Positions 8,619 to 21,652 of a stretch of 64,000 nt of DNA are shown in pieces. Position 1 is the stretch's first letter. Each line of letters opens with the position of its first letter. The position numbers and the translations under genes were made by a program. This DNA comes from Planctomycetota bacterium (GTDB lineage: Bacteria > Planctomycetota > UBA8742 > UBA2392). A model generated the notes under the pieces. It saw only the letters and a program-made list of their open reading frames with translations, ran no database searches and was not told where the DNA came from. Location: positions 1,790-65,789 of the forward strand of contig JABARW010000019.1 in the NCBI GenBank assembly GCA_019186845.1. Direction: 5' to 3'.

Positions 8619-8633
8619 CTCACGCCAGGATTA

Positions 8634-8664
8634 CTTCTGACCTTTGACCTCTGACTTCTGACCT
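8634..8664 (+). repeat. short TGAC(C) tandem motif in the carB leader
   Basis: CTTCTGACC TTTGACC TCTGAC TTCTGACC read directly, ending 6 nt before the carB ATG. No Shine-Dalgarno sequence is visible. Confidence 0.5.
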
Positions 8665-8670
8665 CGAAAA

Positions 8671-11946
<3,276 letters not shown>

Positions 11947-12024
11947 CAGGCGGCCCAGCCATTGGTATCAGCAGCCTGCCTTGCGCGGTGAATGTGCGAG
12001 CCTGGCCCGGATCTTCGGCGCCTG

Positions 12025-13098
12025 CTAGAGCTCGCGCGAGAGCACGAAGTCGGCGATTTCCTCAAATAGCGGCCGCAGCTCGTTCTTGCCCAGCACGGCC
12101 AGGCCGCGCTTGGCGTCTTCGATGTAGCCGCGCGCCTTCTGGGCGGCGTACTTGAAGCTTTCCGTGGAGTGCAGCAGCTTGAGCAACTCGTCGCGACCCT
12201 TGGCGCCGGCCTTCACGGCCGTGAGCGCCAGGGCGCGCTGTTTCTTGTCCGAGCGGCTGAGGAAATGGATCAGGGGCAGCGTCGGTTTGCCTTTCTCGAC
12301 GTCGGAGCCCAGCGTCTTGCCCACCAGGGCCTCTTCACCCAGCAGGTCGAGGAGGTCGTCCATGATCTGGAAGGCGCGGCCAAGCTGCATGCCGTAGCTG
12401 TAGAAAGCCTCGCAGACCTCGGATGCTGCGCCTGCGTAGTGGGCGCCCAGGCGGGCGCTGGTGGCGTAGAGTTCAGCCGTCTTGCCGTCGATGATCTTGA
12501 GGTACTTGGCCTCATCGAGGTCGAAGTTGTTGCGGTTGTTGACCTGCATGACCTCGCCCAGGCAGGTCACGGCCATGGCGCGCGAGAACTGGCGGGCGCC
12601 CTCAGTGGTGCTGCAACGGAGGCTGACTTCGAAGGCGTGGCTGAAGATGTGGTCGCCCAGCAGCACAGAGACTTCGTTGCCGGCCAGAGCGTTGATGGAG
12701 GCGCGTTTGCGGCGCAGCAGGGCTTCGTCCAGGATGTCGTCGTGGACCAGTGTCGCCGTGTGCAGCATCTCGGCCACGGCGCCCAGAATGATGTGGTCTT
12801 CTGTTACTTTGCCGCAGGCCCTGCCCGCCAGCAGCAGCAGCGCCGGGCGCAGCTTCTTGCCCGAGTAGTCCTCGATGTACTCCAGCAGCGTGGCGATGTA
12901 GGGGTCGTCGCTGGAAAGCTCGGCCCGGTAGCGTTCCTCCACGCGCGCGAGGTCGCCCGCGATGGGCGCGTAAAGGCGGGCCAGAATGCGTTTGGCGGCC
13001 TGGGCGGCGGATGAACTGGCCCTGTCACTCACGGCGGGCGCGCGGCTTTTGCTGGTCATGGTCGGCTTCTTTAGCGGGGAGGCCAGGGCCTCCTGCAC
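12025..13098 (-). CDS. polyprenyl diphosphate synthase (IspB-like, long-chain trans-prenyltransferase)
   Basis: First and second Asp-rich motifs LVHDDILDE and FQIMDDLLD. The start could be the internal MTSKS. Confidence 0.9.
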   Translation of the reverse strand: MQEALASPLKKPTMTSKSRAPAVSDRASSSAAQAAKRILARLYAPIAGDLARVEERYRAELSSDDPYIATLLEYIEDYSGKKLRPALLLLAGRACGKVTEDHIILGAVAEMLHTATLVHDDILDEALLRRKRASINALAGNEVSVLLGDHIFSHAFEVSLRCSTTEGARQFSRAMAVTCLGEVMQVNNRNNFDLDEAKYLKIIDGKTAELYATSARLGAHYAGAASEVCEAFYSYGMQLGRAFQIMDDLLDLLGEEALVGKTLGSDVEKGKPTLPLIHFLSRSDKKQRALALTAVKAGAKGRDELLKLLHSTESFKYAAQKARGYIEDAKRGLAVLGKNELRPLFEEIADFVLSREL

Positions 13099-13149
13099 CC
13101 CCGTGCCAAGCTGACGTTACCAAGGGCCCAAGCGCCGGTGAAGTGTCTG

Positions 13150-13758
13150 TCAGGCCCCCGGGCGCTCAAGTTCTTCCAGCTCTTCGAGCGTGTTTACGTT
13201 GGCAAAGGCCCGGTCGAGCGGGGCAAAGGCCGACAGGGACGCATCGGTCAGCACCTCGCAGCGCGAGGCTTTCCACAGGGGCACCACCTTGAGGCGGCCG
13301 GCGGCGAGCGCCCGCTCCACGGGGCCGAGCATGGCCTTGGTGCGCAGCGCGCAAACCAGGGGTTCCGGCTGGCCGCCGTGCTCGCAGAAAGCCACATCCG
13401 CCGCTTCCAGCTTGTCCACAAGCAGCCCAAGCAAGCCGGGCGGAATCAGGGGCAGGTCGCAGGCCAGCACCAGCAGCTTCTCATGGCGCTTTGCCGCATG
13501 CACGAGGCCCGCGTGAATGCCGGCCAGGGGGCCTTGTTGCACGTAGGGCGGCAGGTCCGCCAGCGCCGTAAGGCCGGGCGGCAACGGCAGGTCTCTGGCA
13601 CCCGTGGAAACGGCCAGAGCGCCGCAGTGGGGGCGCAGCAGATCCAGCGCATGCTCCAGCAGCGTGCGCCCGCGCAGCATGCGCAGGGCCTTTTGGCCCT
13701 GCATCCGCGTGGCCAGCCCGCCGGCCAGCACCAAGCCCAGAACGTCGGGTCTCATCAT
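13150..13758 (-). CDS. mobA: molybdenum cofactor guanylyltransferase (MobA-like)
   Basis: LGLVLAGGLATRMQG N-terminal nucleotide-binding motif, LACDLP motif, about 200 aa. Start chosen at MMRPDV. Confidence 0.8.
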   Translation of the reverse strand: MMRPDVLGLVLAGGLATRMQGQKALRMLRGRTLLEHALDLLRPHCGALAVSTGARDLPLPPGLTALADLPPYVQQGPLAGIHAGLVHAAKRHEKLLVLACDLPLIPPGLLGLLVDKLEAADVAFCEHGGQPEPLVCALRTKAMLGPVERALAAGRLKVVPLWKASRCEVLTDASLSAFAPLDRAFANVNTLEELEELERPGA

Positions 13759-13809
13759 GGCGAAAGAAAAGGGCGCGGCCATGCCGCGCCCCCCTTTGGG
13801 CGAAATGTG

Positions 13810-16722
13810 CTACTTGCCGGCCTTCTCGGCTTCCTTGGCGTCCTCGATTTCCTTGGGCGTGGGGAAGCGTTCGATCGTGTGTTTCTCGAGCACGACCTTG
13901 GGGTTGATCAGGTCGAGCACGGTCTGGGAGGAGGCCAGGCGGCGCTCGCGCAGGATGTCCGCGGGGCCGCTGCCGAAGCCGGAATCCTCGACGTCCTTTT
14001 CACTGAGGCGGCGCGGCATGGCGCGGCGGTCGGTGACGCGGGCGAGGAGATAGGCCCACTGGTCTTCATCCGGACGGCGCTGGATGTCGCGGTTGAACTT
14101 CTCGGGAATGATCTCGCTGATGCCTTCTTCGGGCTTGATCTCCTTGACGCGGTCCACGTAGGGCTTGTCGGGGTCCATCAGGCTGGGAGTGGAGGAGAAT
14201 GCAAGCAGCTCGCTGTCGCCTTCACTGTTCACGCCGGGGATGTCCATGCCGTTGGTGATGAAGGGCGTGTCCTTGACCTCGGCCTGGGGCCACTTCTTGC
14301 GGAAGTCGGCCACGGCGGTGTCAAAGCCGCGCTTGATGATGTCGGCGCGCAGGGCCTTCATTTCGGCGACGCAGAGCTCACGGGCGCGGGTGGCGGCCGC
14401 GAGTGTGAACACGCGCTGGCGGGCGTCGTGGTGTCCCTGCTGGAACTTCGGCACCTTGCGGCGCAGGCGCAGCATGTAAAGGCCCTTGTCGGCCAGCCCC
14501 ATGATTTCGCTGAAGGCGCCCTCGTTGGAGCCGGGCTCTTCAAGGAAGCGCTTGGCGCCGTCCACGTTCTCAAGGAATGCGAGACGGTCGTCGGCCAGCA
14601 CGTCGCCCCACTTGAGCAGCCGGGCCGAGCCGAAGCGGGCATACTTGAGCTTGTAGCTGTCGGCCTTGGCTTCGATGTTGAGGTTCAGGGTGTTGGCGGC
14701 CTCGCGGCGGATGCGGGCATCAAAGGCCTCGTTGTCGGCGCGCAGAAGCTGCAGCGCGCTCTCAAGGTCGTCGATGCCGGCCTGAGAAACGATGCGGTCC
14801 TTGGCCTCGCGCAGCGCGCGGCCCAGCTCCGCGGGGACTTCGACCAGCAGTTCCTCCACGGCGAATTTGCGAAGCGCGTCGTTGCCCTTGGCTGCGGCGC
14901 GCAGCGTCAGCTTGTAGCCCACCAGCAGCTTGCGGAACTGGTCGGCGAAGCGGCGCACGGAGTCTTCCTTGCGCCCGCCCTTGCCGTCAAGAAGCAGGTC
15001 GCGCAGCGCAATCTGCTCCTTGATGCCATCGATCTCGAGCTGGATGCGGGCCAGTTCAAGGCGGCGCTGCTCGTCGTCCATCACTTCGCCATCGGGCCCC
15101 TTGAGCTCCTTCTGGGAGGCCTTGTCCTCGAGGCCGGCTTCCTTGTCACGGAGCTGGCGATCGAGGTCCTGGATGGAACGCTGGGCCGTGGTCACCAGGC
15201 TGTTGAGCTGCTCGCGGCCGATGTCGTCTTCCAGGTTGCGGGCCAGGTCTTCAATCAGGTTGGAGAGCTGGATGTCGAAGCTCTTCTTCTGGTCGTCGCT
15301 TGCGCCGGCGTTGGGCAGCACAGGCATGCGCAGGGCGGCGCCCGTGAAATAGGTGTTGACCAGGTTGGCCATGGCGTCAAAGCGCGAACGCAGGTCCTGG
15401 CGCTGGCTGCGCAGCGCCTCGATGTTGCGCTGCTTCTGCTGGTTGAGGCTGCTTTCGGCGCGCAGGGTCTTTTCGCGCTTCTCGCGCTCTTCGTCCAGTT
15501 CGGCCTTGAAGGCCGCCACGGCCGCCTGGGCGAACAGGGGGGCCTTTTCCTTGCGCAGCGTGGAGTAGATTTCCGCCGAGACTTCCTCAAACGAGCGCTC
15601 GGCCATCAGCTTCGTCTTCAGCTCTTCGCGGAGCTTCTTTTCCTCTTCCGGCGTGAAGCCCTTGAACTCGGGGTCCTTGCGGCGCTTGAGGTCTTCGTCG
15701 TTGAAGGCCTTTTCCACGCGGGCGTCGATGTTCTTCTTGTCGGCTTCCGTCGCGGCGAACTCGCCGTTCTTGCGCATGGCCGCGTAATAGATGCGTTCGA
15801 GCTTCTCGTCGCGCGGCACGGCGTTGAGGAAGTCCTCGAACTCGGCACGGAACAGGTCGAACTCGAACTCGGCATCGCTGGAGAGCTGGGTGAAGCGGTG
15901 TTTCTCGAAGGTGGTCTCGAAGGGGTCGTCGCCGTTGGCGCGCGTAGAGAGGCCGGCGGCACCGGCGGCCCTCGCTGCCCGGTGGTTGAAGTGCTCGCGT
16001 TCGACCTCGGCTCGGGCGCGGACGAGGAAGGGCTCGACGCCCAGCCTGACATACTGCGTCTTGACCTCGATGTCGTTGCCCGCCACCACGGCGGCGATGT
16101 CAGCCAGGCGCGTACGCTCGGCCGCCAGCAGCGAGTCCACGTAGTCGCGGACCATCAGGCAGTCGCGCAGCGCGGGCTCGATATCGCGCAGCGGAAATCC
16201 AAAGCGGTCCTGGAACTCGCGGTAAAGATTCTCCTGCTTGAAGCGCTCAAGCTCCGAAGCCGTCGCGTTGATCAGCGACGTGACAGCCTTCCATACCGCC
16301 TGATTCGAGGGCCGCACGAAGCCCGCCGCCTCGGCCCGCTTGACCAGCGCCAGGTGGCACCAGATGTCGTTGTCCTGGTAGCTGGGCCAGATGTCCAGCA
16401 GCGAACGGTCAAAGGGCGTGTCCGAGGCATCCTGCGCCATCGTGGTCAGGGCCGGCACCCGGGCATAGATCGCGCGCGGCTTCTCTTCGCCCTGGCCCTG
16501 GTAATAGTCCAGCTGGCGCGCCGTGCGCAGCCCCTGCCGGATGTGCTGGAACTCAATGACGCCGTAGGTGCGACCGTCCATCACGCCGGCGTGGGTGGGA
16601 TGCTTGCTGCCGTCGCCAAGAAGGGTGGTCATCGAGCCGGTGACCGTAAACATGCCCGCAATCAGCACGATGAGCGCGGTTACCGCAATCTTCTGGCCGC
16701 GTGAGTAGTGTTCGAGTGCCAC
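13810..16722 (-). CDS. large membrane-anchored protein, PpiD/SurA-N-like periplasmic chaperone architecture (putative)
   Basis: GTG start with AAGGAAG upstream. A single N-terminal TM helix (IAVTALIVLIAGMFTVTG) is followed by about 950 aa rich in Glu/Lys/Arg helices. The functional call is weak. Confidence 0.6.
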   Translation of the reverse strand: MALEHYSRGQKIAVTALIVLIAGMFTVTGSMTTLLGDGSKHPTHAGVMDGRTYGVIEFQHIRQGLRTARQLDYYQGQGEEKPRAIYARVPALTTMAQDASDTPFDRSLLDIWPSYQDNDIWCHLALVKRAEAAGFVRPSNQAVWKAVTSLINATASELERFKQENLYREFQDRFGFPLRDIEPALRDCLMVRDYVDSLLAAERTRLADIAAVVAGNDIEVKTQYVRLGVEPFLVRARAEVEREHFNHRAARAAGAAGLSTRANGDDPFETTFEKHRFTQLSSDAEFEFDLFRAEFEDFLNAVPRDEKLERIYYAAMRKNGEFAATEADKKNIDARVEKAFNDEDLKRRKDPEFKGFTPEEEKKLREELKTKLMAERSFEEVSAEIYSTLRKEKAPLFAQAAVAAFKAELDEEREKREKTLRAESSLNQQKQRNIEALRSQRQDLRSRFDAMANLVNTYFTGAALRMPVLPNAGASDDQKKSFDIQLSNLIEDLARNLEDDIGREQLNSLVTTAQRSIQDLDRQLRDKEAGLEDKASQKELKGPDGEVMDDEQRRLELARIQLEIDGIKEQIALRDLLLDGKGGRKEDSVRRFADQFRKLLVGYKLTLRAAAKGNDALRKFAVEELLVEVPAELGRALREAKDRIVSQAGIDDLESALQLLRADNEAFDARIRREAANTLNLNIEAKADSYKLKYARFGSARLLKWGDVLADDRLAFLENVDGAKRFLEEPGSNEGAFSEIMGLADKGLYMLRLRRKVPKFQQGHHDARQRVFTLAAATRARELCVAEMKALRADIIKRGFDTAVADFRKKWPQAEVKDTPFITNGMDIPGVNSEGDSELLAFSSTPSLMDPDKPYVDRVKEIKPEEGISEIIPEKFNRDIQRRPDEDQWAYLLARVTDRRAMPRRLSEKDVEDSGFGSGPADILRERRLASSQTVLDLINPKVVLEKHTIERFPTPKEIEDAKEAEKAGK

Positions 16723-16912
16723 TGTCGCTTCTTCCTTAGTTAATCCAAACGCCCATGCCGCGTCAAAAGACGGCGGCGCCCCTTGGTACGGGGGGCAGAA
16801 CGTTAGCAACGCCTCAGGAAAGGGGCAACGACCGGCGGGAAATTGCCGCTGGGACTTGTAGCTATTTGGTTGATTATATAGTTTTTATAGTAGACCATCC
16901 GGAGAGGCATCC

Positions 16913-18307
16913 ATGGCCCCTACATCCACCATCGAAAACTGGCTCACCCTGCGAGCGGCCCTGGAGTTGCGCCTTGAAGACGGCGGCCTCAAGGCATTGT
17001 TGGTGCCGCGCCAGGGCGCGGCCCTGGCCGACCTTACCTCCGAGGAACTGCGCCAGTTCCTGCTGGAAGACCAGCGCCTGACGGCCCTGCGCGAGGAAGA
17101 CCTGCCCGACATCATCGGCCGCCTCAAGGCCGGCAAGGAAGCCCTGGTCGCCGATCACGGGCGGCTGCCCGTTCACGGTCGCGACGGCCGCCTCACCTGG
17201 CTGGTGCAGGCGCCCCAGGCTCAGAACCCCGACGAAGACGGGGACATCGATTTCTTTGCCATGCGCGATTTCCATGCCGTGACCAAGGGCCAGCCCCTGG
17301 CCCGCCTGCACCTGCCCACGGCAGGTGTGCCGGGCTGCAATGTGCGCGGCGAGGTGCTTATGGCCCGCGACGGCAAGGCGTCTGCGTTCCGGGCCGGGCC
17401 CAACGTGATGCTGGAGGACGAGAGCCAGACCTTCGTGGCGACCATGGATGGCCGTGTGGTCGTCAGCGGTGACAGCCTTTGGGTGTCGCGGGTGCTGGAG
17501 GTCGAGAAGGATGTGGACTACAGCACGGGCAACATCACGTTTGGCGGCCTGGTGAATGTACCCGGCAACGTGCGGGACAATTTCTGTGTCGAGGGCGCCG
17601 AGGGCATCTGCGTGCGGGGCCTGGTAGAAGCCGCCAGGCTGGCATCGCGCGGTGCCATTACGCTCAAGGGGGGTGTCAATGCGCGCGACAAGGGCGCGAT
17701 CCAGACGGACGGCGATGTGACGGCCAAATTCGTGACCAACGCCGACATCAAGGCGCGGGGCGAAGTGCAGGTGGCCCGGGAAATCGTGAGTTCGCGTGTG
17801 TATGGGCGGCGCGTCAGTGTGGCACGGGGGCCCATTGCCGGGGGCGAAGTCTGTGCGCTGGAGCAGATTTCAGCGCTCGAGGCCGGCAGTGAGAAGGGCG
17901 CGCGCACCCTGCTGCAGGTGGGGCGCGACCTCTTCGCCGAACTGGACCTTGAGGCCGCAAAGGCCCGCGAAGTAAAGCTGCGCGAAGTCATCCACTCGCT
18001 GCAGGGCACCCTGGGTCCCCTGGTTCAGCGGCGTGACAGCCTCACGCCCCTGGATGCCTGGAAGCTGGACCGGCTGCTGGAGCACACCTCACGCCTGGAA
18101 TCGGAGCTGCGTGAACTGCTGGAGCGTCTGCAGAGTGCACGGCGCAAGGCGTTGTCGACACAGGGCTGCATCGAACTGGAGCGGGGGCTCTATCCTGGCG
18201 TCGTGCTGCGCATCGGGCGCTACGAGAAAACCGTGGACAAGCGCTACGCGGGCAGGCGGCGCATCTACTTCGATGAGGAACGAGGCGACATTGTCATCGG
18301 CGCTTAG
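16913..18307 (+). CDS. FapA family protein (DUF342)
   Basis: Central beta-helix-like repeats (DVDYSTGNITFGGLVNVPGNVRDNFCVEGAEGICVRGLVEAA..ITLKGGVNA..GDVTAKFVTNADIKARGEVQV) and a C-terminal coiled coil, typical of DUF342. GGAGAG upstream. Confidence 0.8.
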   Translation: MAPTSTIENWLTLRAALELRLEDGGLKALLVPRQGAALADLTSEELRQFLLEDQRLTALREEDLPDIIGRLKAGKEALVADHGRLPVHGRDGRLTWLVQAPQAQNPDEDGDIDFFAMRDFHAVTKGQPLARLHLPTAGVPGCNVRGEVLMARDGKASAFRAGPNVMLEDESQTFVATMDGRVVVSGDSLWVSRVLEVEKDVDYSTGNITFGGLVNVPGNVRDNFCVEGAEGICVRGLVEAARLASRGAITLKGGVNARDKGAIQTDGDVTAKFVTNADIKARGEVQVAREIVSSRVYGRRVSVARGPIAGGEVCALEQISALEAGSEKGARTLLQVGRDLFAELDLEAAKAREVKLREVIHSLQGTLGPLVQRRDSLTPLDAWKLDRLLEHTSRLESELRELLERLQSARRKALSTQGCIELERGLYPGVVLRIGRYEKTVDKRYAGRRRIYFDEERGDIVIGA

Positions 18308-18365
18308 GGCCCACTTGTGCTATGCTGAAAGCCTGAAGAGGCAAGTCCCGGCATAACATCGAGGC

Positions 18366-19904
18366 ATGATGAGTTTCGAAGACCTGAAGTTGGCAGCACC
18401 TTTGTTGAAGGCCGTCGCGGAGCTGGGCTACACCCAGCCCACCCCCATCCAGACGAAAGCGATTCCCCACGCGCTTACGGGCGCTGACGTTCTGGGCTGT
18501 GCCCAGACCGGCACCGGCAAGACGGCCGCGTTTGCCCTGCCCATCCTGCACCGCCTGATGGAGATTCCCGCGGCGGCGCCGGGCAAGATCCGTGTGCTGG
18601 TGCTCAGCCCCACGCGCGAACTGGCCGCCCAGATTGACGAGAGTTTTCGCGCCTACGGCCGCTACACCGGGCTGCGCTTTGCCGTCATCTTCGGCGGGGT
18701 GAACCAGAACCCGCAGACAGATTCCCTGCGCAAGGGCGTGGACGTGCTGGTGGCTACGCCGGGCCGCCTGCTGGACCTCATCGAGCAGCGTTTTGTGGAC
18801 CTTTCGGGCGTGCAGTTCCTTGTGCTGGATGAAGCCGACCGCATGCTGGACATGGGTTTCATCCTTGACATCCGTCGCATCGTGGCCCTGGTGCCCAAGG
18901 CCCGCCAGACGCTCTTCTTCAGCGCCACCATGCCGCCGGAAATCCGCCGCCTGGCCGACACCATCCTCAGCCGTCCCGTGAACGTGGAAGCCGCGCCGCC
19001 CGCCACGACGGCCGAGAAGGTCAACCAGAGCCTCTACTACGTGGGCGGACGCGAGAAGTCGATCCTGCTGGCTCACCTGCTTTCGACGCTCAAGTATTCG
19101 CGCGTGCTGGTGTTCGTGAAAACCAAGCACGGCGCGGACCGCGCCGTCAAGCAGATGAGGCGCTGGGGCATCTCCGCCGAGGCCATCCATGGCGACAAGA
19201 CCCAGGGCGCGCGCACGCGGGCGCTGGAGAACTTCAAGTCGCTCAAGACGCGCATCCTGATCGCGACGGACATCGCCGCGCGCGGCCTGGACATTGACGA
19301 CATCAGCCACGTCATCAATTACGACATTCCCCACGAGGCCGAAACCTACGTGCACCGCATCGGCCGCACCGGCCGCGCCGGGGCCTCGGGCGAGGCCATA
19401 TCGTTTTGCTCTGTTGAGGATTTCGGGTCCCTGTCCGACATCCAGCGGCTGGTGGGCCGCAAGATTCCAGAACTCAAGGCCAATGACCCCGCCTACCTTG
19501 AACGGCTCCAGCATCCCGACCGCGGGGTAACCCCTTTGCCGGATCTCGACGAAGCGTCCGAACCCGTCCATGCCCATCGCTCGCGGGGCGCGCGCGGCCA
19601 GCGCGCGCGCGACCGGGGCCCGCGGCGTCAGCGCGATGCTCGCGGCCACGATTCGCGCGACCGGGATTCCCGCGACCGCGATTTCCGCGACCGCGGCCGT
19701 GACCGGGAAGCCGCGCCCCCGTCTGCGCCTTCGGATGGCGGAGATCGCTCCGAGCCCCTGGACCGCGAAAGCGCCTACGAGAGTGCCAGCCTCGACTTCT
19801 TCAAGCCCCAGCGACCGGAGTCCTCGCCACGCGCCCGTGCCAAAGCCAAGGCGCTGCCGCCCGTCAAGCCGGCTCAGGGCCTGCCTCGCCGTTCTCAAGG
19901 CTGA
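18366..19904 (+). CDS. DEAD-box ATP-dependent RNA helicase (RhlE-like) with Arg/Asp-rich tail
   Basis: AQTGTGKT, VLDEADRM, SAT, HRIGRTGRAG motifs. C-terminal RDRDSRDRDFRDRGRDRE low-complexity tail. Confidence 0.9.
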   Translation: MMSFEDLKLAAPLLKAVAELGYTQPTPIQTKAIPHALTGADVLGCAQTGTGKTAAFALPILHRLMEIPAAAPGKIRVLVLSPTRELAAQIDESFRAYGRYTGLRFAVIFGGVNQNPQTDSLRKGVDVLVATPGRLLDLIEQRFVDLSGVQFLVLDEADRMLDMGFILDIRRIVALVPKARQTLFFSATMPPEIRRLADTILSRPVNVEAAPPATTAEKVNQSLYYVGGREKSILLAHLLSTLKYSRVLVFVKTKHGADRAVKQMRRWGISAEAIHGDKTQGARTRALENFKSLKTRILIATDIAARGLDIDDISHVINYDIPHEAETYVHRIGRTGRAGASGEAISFCSVEDFGSLSDIQRLVGRKIPELKANDPAYLERLQHPDRGVTPLPDLDEASEPVHAHRSRGARGQRARDRGPRRQRDARGHDSRDRDSRDRDFRDRGRDREAAPPSAPSDGGDRSEPLDRESAYESASLDFFKPQRPESSPRARAKAKALPPVKPAQGLPRRSQG

Positions 19905-19925
19905 AGTCTGCAGACATCCAACGAC

Positions 19926-19952
19926 AAAGGCCGCGCCAGGCGCGGCCTTTTC
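19926..19952. terminator. bidirectional hairpin terminator between convergent genes
   Basis: AAAGGCCGCG-CCAGG-CGCGGCCTTTT. 10-bp stem flanked by an A-run and a T-run. Confidence 0.6.
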
Positions 19953-19970
19953 AACGTTGCGGCGGGCTGC

Positions 19971-20198
19971 TCAGCTTTCGGTGATCGTGACGCCCCGTTC
20001 ACTGAGGTACTTGATGGCCTGGTCCAGGGCCTCGTCCGTACCTTCCAGTGAAAGCTCGAGATAGCCCATTTCGTCGTTCACGTTGGCGCGGGAGATGTTG
20101 AACACCACGCCGAACTTCATCGAGATATTGTGAAGAATGGGCTCCCGGATCAGCTTCTGCGGGAAGCTCATGGTGAGTTTGCGGATGGTCGCCGACAT
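19971..20198 (-). CDS. NIL domain protein
   Basis: 75 aa. FPQKLIREPILHNISMKFGVVFNISRANV..GYLELSLEG resembles the MetN C-terminal NIL domain. Confidence 0.7.
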   Translation of the reverse strand: MSATIRKLTMSFPQKLIREPILHNISMKFGVVFNISRANVNDEMGYLELSLEGTDEALDQAIKYLSERGVTITES

Positions 20199-20280
20199 GG
20201 TTGCTCCTGTTGCCCCGTTCCCGTCCCTTTAACGCTACATCGTGAAGCTTTGCTTCGCCAAAATTTGTTTCAAGTTGAAA

Positions 20281-21546
20281 TCAGCCCTGCGGAGCGCCCT
20301 TGACTTCAAAGGCCGCCTCCCGCTCAGGGCCCACGCTGATAATGCCTATCTTCACACCAACGAACTCTTCCATAAAGCGCAGATAAGCCCTGGCAGCGGC
20401 CGGAAGGTCTGACCCGCCGCGCGCTGCCCCCAGGGCCTCATTCCAGCCCTCCAGCGTCCGGTACTCGGGCTTGAGCGCTGCGAAGCGGCTGATTTCCGCC
20501 GGCAGGCCCGCTTCCTTGTGTCCCTTGTAGCCCACTCCCGCCTTGAGCGAGCCCAGGCCGGAAAGGACGTCCAGCTTGGTCACGGCCAGCTCCGTCACGC
20601 CGGAGAGACGGCACACGTAACGCAGGGCAAACAGGTCCACCCAGCCCACACGCCGGGGGCGGCCCGTCGTGGCGCCGTACTCGCCGCCTTTTTCGCGCAG
20701 GCGGTCGCCCTCGGCTTTGGGCAATTCGGTGGGGAAGGGGCCCTCCCCCACGCGGGTGCAGTAGGCCTTGGTAACTCCGATCACGCGGTCAAGCTTGACC
20801 CACAGGCCCGCGCCCGCCGGAATGCCCGAGGCCATGGTGTGGCTTGAGGTCACGAAGGGGTAAGTGCCGTAAGAGACATCCAGCAGCGCCCCCTGGGCTC
20901 CTTCAAACAGCACTCTCTTGTCTTCATCCAGGGCTTCCTTGAGCACCAGTGCCGAGTCCTGGATGTAGGGCTTGAGGCGCTTGCCCGCGTCCAGCAGCGG
21001 GCCCAGCAGGGAATCGAGGTTCGGCGCGGCCTTGCCCAGTTGGGGCCCGCGCACCTTCAAGTTGCGCGCCAGGGCCTCCTTCAGCGCCGACTTATCCAGG
21101 AGGTCGCAGCCGCGCAACGCGATGCGGTCGTAGTTATCGGCGTAGGTGGGGCCAATGCCGCGCTTGGTGGTGCCGATCTTGCCCTCGTCGCCCTCGCGCG
21201 CGGCATCGAGCGCTGTGTGCACGGGCGTGGTGATGGCGAGGCGGTCGGAGATAACGAGGCGCTTTTCGCAGGAGTAACCCAGGGCCTGGACCTCGTCGAT
21301 TTCCGCGATGAGTTTGAAAGGGTCCACGACCATGCCGGGGCCGAGGATGTTGAGGCAGTGGCGGTGCAGCACGCCGGTGGGCAGATGGTGCAGCACGACC
21401 TTGCGGCCCTCAGGGTACACGGTGTGGCCGGCGTTGCCGCCGCCCTGGAAGCGCACGCAGAGGTCGTGGCGGGCACAGAGCTGGTCCACAAGTTTGCCCT
21501 TGCCTTCATCGCCCCACTGAAGGCCCAGAATTGCGGTCGTCGGCAT
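20281..21546 (-). CDS. purA: adenylosuccinate synthase
   Basis: GLQWGDEGKGK, GGNAGHTV, GTTKRGIGP motifs. 421 aa. Confidence 0.97.
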   Translation of the reverse strand: MPTTAILGLQWGDEGKGKLVDQLCARHDLCVRFQGGGNAGHTVYPEGRKVVLHHLPTGVLHRHCLNILGPGMVVDPFKLIAEIDEVQALGYSCEKRLVISDRLAITTPVHTALDAAREGDEGKIGTTKRGIGPTYADNYDRIALRGCDLLDKSALKEALARNLKVRGPQLGKAAPNLDSLLGPLLDAGKRLKPYIQDSALVLKEALDEDKRVLFEGAQGALLDVSYGTYPFVTSSHTMASGIPAGAGLWVKLDRVIGVTKAYCTRVGEGPFPTELPKAEGDRLREKGGEYGATTGRPRRVGWVDLFALRYVCRLSGVTELAVTKLDVLSGLGSLKAGVGYKGHKEAGLPAEISRFAALKPEYRTLEGWNEALGAARGGSDLPAAARAYLRFMEEFVGVKIGIISVGPEREAAFEVKGAPQG

Positions 21547-21652
21547 GGATGGTGCTCTTGGTCAGTTTGGAACGGGGCCAAAGAACGTGCTCCCCGCGAG
21601 GCTGATAGTGGTGCGCGGCCTTGGCGCCGTCAAGGGGCAGCGCCGGGCGCCT

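Noticed and set aside
13138-16704. 1188-aa plus-strand ORF, the longest in the track
   Set aside because: It is exactly antisense to the 13810..16722 and mobA genes. Its translation is low-complexity Ala/Gly/Arg/Leu-rich with no motifs. This is a typical high-GC shadow ORF. The minus-strand genes have RBSs, a TM helix and recognisable motifs.
18294-19898. 534-aa minus-strand ORF
   Set aside because: It is antisense to the DEAD-box helicase gene, and its translation has no motifs. Shadow ORF.
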